Part shown: positions 20,585 through 28,373 of the stretch, in pieces
How the letters are laid out: each line of letters starts with the position of its first letter
Numbering within the stretch: the stretch's first letter is position 1
Assembly: GCA_048939765.1 (NCBI GenBank)
Contig: JBHLPF010000003.1
Span: 1 to 64,000, forward strand
DNA: 64,000 nucleotides
From: Promethearchaeota archaeon
Lineage (GTDB): Archaea > Asgardarchaeota > Thorarchaeia > Thorarchaeales > Thorarchaeaceae
Reading direction: 5' to 3'
Translations under genes and position numbers: made by a program
Notes under the pieces: model-generated
The model's input: only the letters and a program-made list of their open reading frames with translations
The model's database searches: none
What the model was told of the DNA's origin: nothing

Positions 20585-22072
20585 TCACTTCTCGGATCGT
20601 TTGACCACAGATGCGATGATGCCAAGCAGGCAATATAGTATCATGATCATCACAGGTATGATTTCATCCAGGATAGATGCATTATAGAAGGCCACTGCTC
20701 TTGCCGCCTCCACATAATATGTGAGAGGAAAGAAGTAAGGGACCAGGGCGATGTATGATGGAATCTGACTCAAGGGGAACAAGAGTCCGGATAGGAACAT
20801 CTGGGGGAGGATGAAGACGAGCATGAGCTGTATCACCTGCAGTTCATTCTTCATCCGAACCGAGATTGCCAGTGCAAGTGTGACAGATCCTATTGCCAAG
20901 AGAACAACTAAAGGACTCAACAATAGGATGGACGATAGTATTCCTGGAGAGATGTAGATTATTACAATGCTAATGACTATCGTCTGAACCAGGAGAACGC
21001 CAATGAACGCGACTGAATACCCGAGTACAATCTCAAGATCCGATAAGGGCGTACTTTGCATTCTCTCCAATGTGCCTTGTTGTCTTTCTCGTAAGAAGAA
21101 AATTCCTGGAATAAGAAAACCGAAGAAAACACCCATGAATCCAATAATAGCTGGCCCCATGATTTCTATCATTTGCATTCCTGCTTCTCCATAGACATAT
21201 GTAAGGTCCATATTGGTCTCACTCTCTCGCCCAAAAGCTTGGGAGATTGATTCAGAGAGTGACATCTGAATTGCCGTCAATGCTGAAGCAGCTTCTGCGG
21301 CTTGTATGCCATTCATGAATAGCTCTATGGGCTGTTCTTCACCACTGATTGTGGCTTTTGTGAAATTAGGACCTATATAGATCCCTGCCACTACAGATCT
21401 TGATTCGATTAACTCCACAACTTCATCACGGCTTTCACACATGGTTATAGACACATTACCATTTTCTGACAAGGTGTCTTCAAAGATTTCACCAATCGTA
21501 GTTGTGAATCCAACATCTTCATTCACAAGAGAAAGGTTGAATGAGAGGTCAGGGGGACTTGGTAGGGATACAGAGAATGTTATGTTACGTTGTATCTCAA
21601 CGCCTCTACTTCCAAATACTTCACTGGCAGCCTGTGTAGTGACATTCCCTATCATTGCTAGAATATAGTTTGCTTCCATCTCGCTTGTCACATTGACATG
21701 CAATTCGAGTGTGACATTTCCACCTGTTAGAAGACCCTCTGTGAAATTGAAGGGCAATAAGAGAACTGCTTGTATCGATTCTCCAAGATCATCAAAAGCA
21801 TTAGTACGAAGCCTCTCAAAGACTGTCACATTTTCATTTTCTTCGAATAAGGATACTACAGTGGCTCCAAGGCTCTCTTCAAGAGGGGTATCCTGAATGC
21901 ATACAGCTGTTGGGACATTTACAACCTCTCCTGAAAGAATGAATGACCATAGGAAGGTGATCAGTAGTGGTGCAAGAACCATTAAGGCAAGAGTTGGTCG
22001 GTCTCGACGAATCTGACGGAAGATTCTCCGTATCATTGTACCAACACGGTGAGAGCTGATACTGCGACTCAT
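20585..22072 (-). CDS. ABC-2 type exporter permease with duplicated extracellular domain
   Basis: RQIRRDRPTL, RERQQGTLERMQSTPL, PQMFLSGLLFPL and FPLTY, plus two similar extracytoplasmic repeats. Confidence 0.88.
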   Translation of the reverse strand: MSRSISSHRVGTMIRRIFRQIRRDRPTLALMVLAPLLITFLWSFILSGEVVNVPTAVCIQDTPLEESLGATVVSLFEENENVTVFERLRTNAFDDLGESIQAVLLLPFNFTEGLLTGGNVTLELHVNVTSEMEANYILAMIGNVTTQAASEVFGSRGVEIQRNITFSVSLPSPPDLSFNLSLVNEDVGFTTTIGEIFEDTLSENGNVSITMCESRDEVVELIESRSVVAGIYIGPNFTKATISGEEQPIELFMNGIQAAEAASALTAIQMSLSESISQAFGRESETNMDLTYVYGEAGMQMIEIMGPAIIGFMGVFFGFLIPGIFFLRERQQGTLERMQSTPLSDLEIVLGYSVAFIGVLLVQTIVISIVIIYISPGILSSILLLSPLVVLLAIGSVTLALAISVRMKNELQVIQLMLVFILPQMFLSGLLFPLSQIPSYIALVPYFFPLTYYVEAARAVAFYNASILDEIIPVMIMILYCLLGIIASVVKRSEK

Positions 22073-22986
22073 TGTCGCGACCTCCTGACATAATAAGCGA
22101 ATGCCTCCTCAAGACCAGGTTGTTTCACAACAAGGTCCTTCACTTGGAAATGAGCTCGTGTTAGAGCCTGAAACACTTTGAATTTGACATCACTGTCTGC
22201 TGATTTTATAGTGAATCGGTTTCCTTTGATTTCAGTGGGAGCTAGATTCTCCAAGATGCTCTTTAGCTGAGTGGAATTGCTAGGGTCGATAGTCCCAGTG
22301 ATTGTACTCTCAAGAGGGAGAGAACCAATCAGGTCGTCCGAATGACCATGAGCGATTAATCTTCCCTCAAAGATCATAGCAACACTATCGCATCTCGTTG
22401 CCTCATCGAGATAGTGTGTTGTCATAACAATCGTCTTACCTTCATTAGCAAGATTGTGGAAATGATTCCAGAATTCCAATCTCAATTCGGGGCTGACCCC
22501 CACTGTGGGCTCGTCAAGGAATATTACTTCGGGATCATGAGCTATTGCACAAGCCAGACTCACTCGTTGAATTGTGCCACCACTGAGCACATCCACCGTA
22601 CGGTCTAGTGATTCTGTGATCCGAGTGAATCTGGCTGCCTGCTCGACTAGCTCCTTTCTTCTTTGCTGATTCTTGACTCCATAGCTAGATGCAAAGAAAT
22701 CGAGATTTTCGCGTGCGGTCAAATCGGGGTAGAGTGATTTGAGCTGAGTCATGTATCCTGTACGGGCTCGTTCCTCAGTGGAGAGACGATTTGACTGTGT
22801 TTCTCCAATGTAGCAATTTCCAAGTGTTGGAGCTAGAATACCAATCATCATACGTACAAGAGTTGTCTTTCCTGCGCCATTGGGTCCCACCATACCAAGA
22901 ATCGTTCCTTGGGGAACATCAAGCGAGATATTGTCAACCGCAACGATATCTTCGAAATGTTTAGTCACATTGACAGCCCGAATCAA
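22069..22986 (-). CDS. ABC transporter ATP-binding protein (drug exporter type)
   Basis: GPNGAGKTT, LSGG, FLDEPTVGV, TTHYLDEA and PGLEEAF. Confidence 0.92.
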   Translation of the reverse strand: MIRAVNVTKHFEDIVAVDNISLDVPQGTILGMVGPNGAGKTTLVRMMIGILAPTLGNCYIGETQSNRLSTEERARTGYMTQLKSLYPDLTARENLDFFASSYGVKNQQRRKELVEQAARFTRITESLDRTVDVLSGGTIQRVSLACAIAHDPEVIFLDEPTVGVSPELRLEFWNHFHNLANEGKTIVMTTHYLDEATRCDSVAMIFEGRLIAHGHSDDLIGSLPLESTITGTIDPSNSTQLKSILENLAPTEIKGNRFTIKSADSDVKFKVFQALTRAHFQVKDLVVKQPGLEEAFAYYVRRSRQ

Positions 22987-23050
22987 CTTCTGATCCTCCA
23001 GATGTCCTTCTCATCTATTCTCAGATATACAATCTCTCTTATTGATTTTT

Positions 23051-23068
23051 TGTAAGTGATTACTAACA
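23051..23068. promoter_or_regulatory. Candidate TetR operator between divergent exporter and TetR genes
   Basis: Imperfect palindrome TGTAAGT-GATT-ACTAACA next to TATA-like TTTTAAAC (about 23073). Confidence 0.5.
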
Positions 23069-23112
23069 TACATTTTAAACAAACTCGTTCAATTATCTTA
23101 GTGGTCACAATC

Positions 23113-23691
23113 ATGCCAAAAGTACTCGATGACGAACAGATTTACCGTGCTGTGATTCAAACTGTATCAGAAAACGGTTATACTGGATCTACAACCAAGG
23201 AAATGGCTGCTGCTGCTGGTATTAGCGAGGTAACCCTGTTCAGAAAGTATGAAAGCAAAGAGAAATTGGTTAAGGCATCAATTTCGTTTATTATTGGACA
23301 AGTGGACCTAAAATCTGCCAGCCAATATACTGGCGACGTCCATGCTGATTTGACTAGAATGGTGAAGATATACCATGATTTTGCCAATGAGTATGGCGAT
23401 TTCTTTTCAGTCATGATTTTTGAATTGCAGCGCCATCTAGATTTGCTTGATATAGTCAATGAGCCATTCAATATCGTCTTGTCTTTTGTAGAATTGATAG
23501 CCCGTTATCAGAACGAGGGATTACTGGTGAAAGAGCATCCCTTACTTGCATGGGCTTCCTTGGTGAGTCCGATACTCATCGCTTTCAATATGAAGAAAGT
23601 CGTTCCAGACTCTGAATTGAAGATTAGCGATATTAGAGATCATGTGACTAATTACCTGGCTGGGCGTTTCAATAGAACCAACAAAACTTGA
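23113..23691 (+). CDS. TetR/AcrR family transcriptional regulator
   Basis: GYTGSTTKEMAAAAGISEVTLFRKYESKEKL HTH. Likely start is MPKVLDD (ORF track from 23056). Confidence 0.9.
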   Translation: MPKVLDDEQIYRAVIQTVSENGYTGSTTKEMAAAAGISEVTLFRKYESKEKLVKASISFIIGQVDLKSASQYTGDVHADLTRMVKIYHDFANEYGDFFSVMIFELQRHLDLLDIVNEPFNIVLSFVELIARYQNEGLLVKEHPLLAWASLVSPILIAFNMKKVVPDSELKISDIRDHVTNYLAGRFNRTNKT

Positions 23692-23726
23692 TGGCCAAGT
23701 CCACTGCTTTCAAGTCATTGACCTTT

Positions 23727-26327
23727 TTACTCTTCTCGAGTTTTTGCTTCGTCCTGCAATTCCTTAAGCTTGACGAGGGCATCGAGAGGCGTCGTTCGCT
23801 CCAAGTCCATGTTTCGAATCTTCTCGACAATCGGGTCGTCAATAGTGAGGGCTTCAAGACTTGTCTGAATTGGTTCATAGGATTTGCTGCCATCTCCGAG
23901 GTCAATGACACTCTCTTTCTCTAACCTTGCTAGCATGGAACGAGCTCTTCTCACAACCTCCTCAGGAACTCCAGCTAATGCAGCAACTTGGACGCCGTAG
24001 CTCTTGTCTGTGCCGCCATCAACAACTTTGTGCAGAAACACAATGGTATCACCAGACTCTCTGGCCAAGGTGTGTACGTTCTTGACACCATGATGAGTGC
24101 TTGCCATCTCGGTCAAGTGGTGGAAATGAGTGGCGAACATGGCTCGTGACTTCATCTGTACTATTTTCTCAGCCACCGCCCATGCAAGCGCCATGCCGTC
24201 GTAGGTCGATGTACCTCTACCAATCTCGTCTAGAATGACCAAGCTCTTCTCAGTCGCATTATTGAGTATGTTGGCGGTTTCAATCATCTCGACCATGAAT
24301 GTCGACTGACGAGCTGTGAGATCATCAAAGGCTCCAACCCGCGTGAAGATTCTATCTACAAGGCCTATCTCCGCGGACTTTGCAGGCACGAAAGAGCCCA
24401 TCTGCGCAAGGAGTACTATCAAGGCGCATTGACGCATAAATGTCGACTTTCCGGCCATGTTTGGTCCTGTGACAATGATTAACGTGCAGCCCCCATCACC
24501 TATCTCAACACTATTGGGAACGAATTCGTTGGCACCGAGTATCATCTCCATAGAGGGATGCCTGCCATCAACAATTCTTATTCTCGTTCCCTCAGTCAGC
24601 TTAGGCCTGATATACCTCCGGTTCACAGCTACTTCCGCCAATGATGTCAGCACATCAGCAGTAGCTATGGCTTCAGAATTGGCCCGAAGTTCTTCTATCG
24701 CATCTCTCACTTGATCTCTCAGCTTCTCATAGACCTCAAATTCAAGGGCATTTATCTTGTCCTCTCCCGCAAGGACAGCGGCCTCCTTCTCCTTTAGTTC
24801 CGGAGTGATGTATCTCTCTGCATTAGCTAGAGTCTGCTTCCTATCATAATCATCCGGAACAAGGCCTAGATTGGACTTGGAGACCTCAATGTAGTATCCA
24901 AAGACCTTGTTGTACCCTACCTTCAAAGACCTAATCCCAGTTCTCCTTCTCTCCCTCGCTTGTAATGATGCAATCCACTTCTTATCAGAAGATATAGTCC
25001 CTTTCAATCTATCAAGCTCATCATCGAAGCCCTCTCGAATCATGCCGCCATCACGGACACTCGCTGGCGGATCGTCAACAATTGCCGCCTTCAGTGTTTT
25101 TGTGAGTTTTCCAAGGGGATCAATGGATTTGGCTGATAACTGGAGCAAGTCAGCTTTGCATTCTTCCAGTACCTTTCGAATCTTGGGCAGTTTCTCAAGT
25201 GCAATTCTGAGACCAAGAAGGTCTCTCGCCCCTGCGACACCAAAGACAATCCTACTTGTCATTCTCTCAAGGTCTCCAAGATTCCTCAGACTCTCTGAAA
25301 CCGCTTTCCGGGTGAGGGCGGTCCTGGCCAATTCATCAACCGCATCAAGTCTTCTCTCAATTGAGGGGATATCGGTGAGCGGCTGGAGAATCCATTGCTT
25401 GAGTTTCCGCTTTCCCATCGGAGTTATTGTCTTTGACAAGACACTTAAGAGCGTCCCACGCGGAGTTCCATCCCTCGCATTTCGAATGAGTTCTAGGTTT
25501 CTCTGCGTTGTAGTATCAACTATCATATGAGACTCAATCGTGTAAGTCTGGACCCCAGTAAGTGTGACAGCATTCGCCTTGTGCACTTCCTGTAAGTATG
25601 CCATTACAGCTCCTGCAGCACCAAGCGCAACCTCCTTGTCCCCCAATCCATAGCCCTCAATTGTAGTCACACCAAATTGGTCCTTGAGCCTTTGCTCCGC
25701 GTTTCTTGCTGAGAAATCCAGATCATTTCGAAATGTCAATCGCACTCCTAGTTCCTCAAGTGCGGATCGCATAGCATGGTTCTTCGATGTGGAATCCGGA
25801 AGAAGAATTTCTGAAGGCTTGATCCTTCCAAGCTCATTTAGTGTGCTTTCACTCAGGTACGTTCCTTCAAACTCTGTTGCAACGAATTCTCCGGTGGAAA
25901 CATCGACTGCAGCCAAGCCAACTGTTTCTGAGTCCTCAATGACTGCGAGTAGGAAGTTATTGGTGGCATCTTCCAACATTCCGGTCTCAAGTACTGTTCC
26001 AGGAGTCACTACGCGAACTACATCTCTCTTCACGAGGCCCTTGGCTTGAGAAGCATCTTCAACTTGGTCGGCGATAGCCACCGTGTGATCAGATGCCAGA
26101 AGCTTGGCGACGTATCCATCGACCGCATGATAGGGTACTCCGCACATGGGCCATTTTGCCACCCCCTCACCCCTTGAGGTTAGGACAATGTCTAGATCCC
26201 TACTCGCCACCTTTGCATCTTCATTGAACATCTCGTAGAAGTCTCCCAGTCTGAAGAGAAGAATGCAGTCCGGATACTGCTTCTTGAGTTCAAGATACTG
26301 CCTTTGCATGGGTGTGAGCTTTTTCAC
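23727..26327 (-). CDS. mutS: DNA mismatch repair protein MutS (MutS1)
   Basis: TPMQRQY, GDFYEMF mismatch-binding motif, TGPNMAGKST, STFMVEM, DEIGRGTSTYDG and SYGVQVA. Confidence 0.98.
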   Translation of the reverse strand: MKKLTPMQRQYLELKKQYPDCILLFRLGDFYEMFNEDAKVASRDLDIVLTSRGEGVAKWPMCGVPYHAVDGYVAKLLASDHTVAIADQVEDASQAKGLVKRDVVRVVTPGTVLETGMLEDATNNFLLAVIEDSETVGLAAVDVSTGEFVATEFEGTYLSESTLNELGRIKPSEILLPDSTSKNHAMRSALEELGVRLTFRNDLDFSARNAEQRLKDQFGVTTIEGYGLGDKEVALGAAGAVMAYLQEVHKANAVTLTGVQTYTIESHMIVDTTTQRNLELIRNARDGTPRGTLLSVLSKTITPMGKRKLKQWILQPLTDIPSIERRLDAVDELARTALTRKAVSESLRNLGDLERMTSRIVFGVAGARDLLGLRIALEKLPKIRKVLEECKADLLQLSAKSIDPLGKLTKTLKAAIVDDPPASVRDGGMIREGFDDELDRLKGTISSDKKWIASLQARERRRTGIRSLKVGYNKVFGYYIEVSKSNLGLVPDDYDRKQTLANAERYITPELKEKEAAVLAGEDKINALEFEVYEKLRDQVRDAIEELRANSEAIATADVLTSLAEVAVNRRYIRPKLTEGTRIRIVDGRHPSMEMILGANEFVPNSVEIGDGGCTLIIVTGPNMAGKSTFMRQCALIVLLAQMGSFVPAKSAEIGLVDRIFTRVGAFDDLTARQSTFMVEMIETANILNNATEKSLVILDEIGRGTSTYDGMALAWAVAEKIVQMKSRAMFATHFHHLTEMASTHHGVKNVHTLARESGDTIVFLHKVVDGGTDKSYGVQVAALAGVPEEVVRRARSMLARLEKESVIDLGDGSKSYEPIQTSLEALTIDDPIVEKIRNMDLERTTPLDALVKLKELQDEAKTREE

Positions 26328-26726
26328 TTGGCCTCCCTACTGCAGAATTCATTCTCAGCTTCCGACTAATAACGCCACCGCTGGAGATTGTTGTAGCTGA
26401 TTGGCCTTTGTTCACAGAGATCAGAATGGCTTTTGGCTGCTAATTCTCAGCCAGCATTGCATCGACTCAGTTCGATGCCAACTTCGACATATCTCAATGG
26501 GTGCAAAATCTGGTCTTTCATGCATATTTCAAATCGTAACACGAAGACGAATTGAAAATCATTGAATGTTCTATTCCATTTAGATTACCTTACATTCTGT
26601 ATCTATTTAAAATGAATTACAATTCGTAATCAAATCGACTTCACAATAGCTTAAGGAACGAACAACTTTTTATGCCGGAGCCGTCGCTGGTTACAATACA
26701 TCCATGGAGAATGGAGAATCTCAACT

Positions 26727-28196
26727 ATGGTATACTATAAAGAGGTTCCAGAAGTCAACAAGCGGATGGTTGCAGGTTACTACCTCTTCCTGTGCTTGAT
26801 TGGCTTTGCAATTCTCCTAGGACCTACGGGATCAGGCATTCCGATCACATTGGTTGGTAATCCTGATAGATACGAGCACGATATGGAATTGGCGTTTCCG
26901 TCTCCAGGAGTAGACAATCTCACTTGTGGTGGGCCTGCGCCCTGTCACGAGGATGTATGGCTCTACTGGAATGAGAGTGGACACGCCGACGAAGGGTATG
27001 AACAGACGTTCAATGGGACGTACGTAATAGGCCTGCATGGTGAACGGAATGCCACGTACTACAACAGTACGTGTGCACCCTGTCATGCAACTGGATATGA
27101 TCCTGCCGGTAATGACGGTAATGGTTCATGGGTTAACTTGGGAATCACATGTCTTGCTTGCCATGACGTGACGCAGCCCTATGTTACCTATAACGGAACT
27201 GTCTGTGGTAATTGCCACAATCCTGGCTACCATGCATCCCGCAATGAGTATCCAGAATGGCAGAACTCGGCCCATGCGAACTCACTGATGGACTTGAGGA
27301 CAAGCAGCCATGCATCATCAAATTGCATGCATTGCATGTCTACAGAAGGCTTTATCCATCAGCAGAATCCTGGCTCGCTATCTGACTATGGAGACGCAGC
27401 CGTTGACCTCGGCTTTGATCCCGCCGGAAACTACAGCTCGATTTCTTGTCCTGCTTGTCACGCAGTGCATTCTAACTGGACAGCAGTAGAAGGCAATGCC
27501 CAGATTCGTGCGGTTAATACCTCCGAACTGTGTGGACTTTGTCACAGTGGCCACCATCCACAATATGACGTTTGGATTGGTGGTACCCACAATCTGGCCG
27601 GCGTGAAGTGCACAGACTGTCACGGATATTCCCTAGTGTTCGACCGTGGCGCGTGGCGTGCTGACCTAAATCACACCTTTGCTCTTGACCCTGACATTGC
27701 TTGCGGTCAAGCAAGAGATGTAGATGAGTTAGGGTGTCATGAGGGTATGGACACATGGGCTCTTGGCCAGCTCGAGATGCGTGAAGATGCATATCTGGCT
27801 CTGACCCAGGAAATCACTGCTGAAGCCGAATCAATGGCAGCAGAGGTAGCAACATACAATGCAACCGAAGGTGCTAATGTTGCCGCCGCTAATGCAATGC
27901 AGGCTGCAATTGACGAAGCCGAATCACTTATAGATTACTTCGGCCTCGATGGCTCTTCCGGATTCCATGATGGCACTGAAATATTCGCCCAATTGAATGG
28001 GGTCTATGCAGATCTTCTAGATGCGAAGGCCACATTCTATCAGACAACAGCTGAAGGTGTTACAGTCACAGTTACCAATACAGTAACTACTACTGTTACG
28101 GTAATTGGTGGAGACACCCTGCTTCTGGTAGGCGGCAGTGTTGGCGGTATCGTCATTGGATTGGTTCTAGGAGTTCTAGTAGGCAGACGCCGCTAG
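26727..28196 (+). CDS. Membrane-anchored multiheme cytochrome c (NrfA/octaheme c552-like architecture)
   Basis: N-terminal hydrophobic signal and six CxxCH motifs (CAPCH, CLACH, CGNCH, CPACH, CGLCH, CTDCH), plus CX5CH, CxxCM and CX10CH. Helical C-terminal part with DGSSGFH, a Thr-rich stalk and TM-RRR. Confidence 0.9.
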   Translation: MVYYKEVPEVNKRMVAGYYLFLCLIGFAILLGPTGSGIPITLVGNPDRYEHDMELAFPSPGVDNLTCGGPAPCHEDVWLYWNESGHADEGYEQTFNGTYVIGLHGERNATYYNSTCAPCHATGYDPAGNDGNGSWVNLGITCLACHDVTQPYVTYNGTVCGNCHNPGYHASRNEYPEWQNSAHANSLMDLRTSSHASSNCMHCMSTEGFIHQQNPGSLSDYGDAAVDLGFDPAGNYSSISCPACHAVHSNWTAVEGNAQIRAVNTSELCGLCHSGHHPQYDVWIGGTHNLAGVKCTDCHGYSLVFDRGAWRADLNHTFALDPDIACGQARDVDELGCHEGMDTWALGQLEMREDAYLALTQEITAEAESMAAEVATYNATEGANVAAANAMQAAIDEAESLIDYFGLDGSSGFHDGTEIFAQLNGVYADLLDAKATFYQTTAEGVTVTVTNTVTTTVTVIGGDTLLLVGGSVGGIVIGLVLGVLVGRRR

Positions 28197-28221
28197 AGAC
28201 GGACATAATAAGGAAAACTCA

Positions 28222-28267
28222 CGGGTGGTGGCGGGTGCTTCGCATCTGCACCCATCTCTATTTTTTC
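28222..28267 (+). terminator. Hairpin/T-tract terminator after the multiheme cytochrome gene
   Basis: Stem GCGGGTGC-TTC-GCATCTGC (with G-U pairs) flanked by GGGTG/CACCC and followed by TATTTTTT. Confidence 0.6.
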
Positions 28268-28373
28268 CTTCGAGTTCTGCAATGAACATACGTGAATTTT
28301 GGCCTTTTTTGAAGCCAAAGATGTATATACACCTTAGAATTCGAAACCGCGACTCGAAGGAGATAACTAATCA

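Noticed and set aside
24457-26049. Several plus-strand ORFs up to 207 aa
   Set aside because: Antisense to mutS and Ser-rich, typical of reverse-strand shadows.
26328-26726. 400-bp AT-rich intergenic region as a possible ncRNA
   Set aside because: No tRNA cloverleaf or strong stem was seen. It is better explained as a divergent promoter region.
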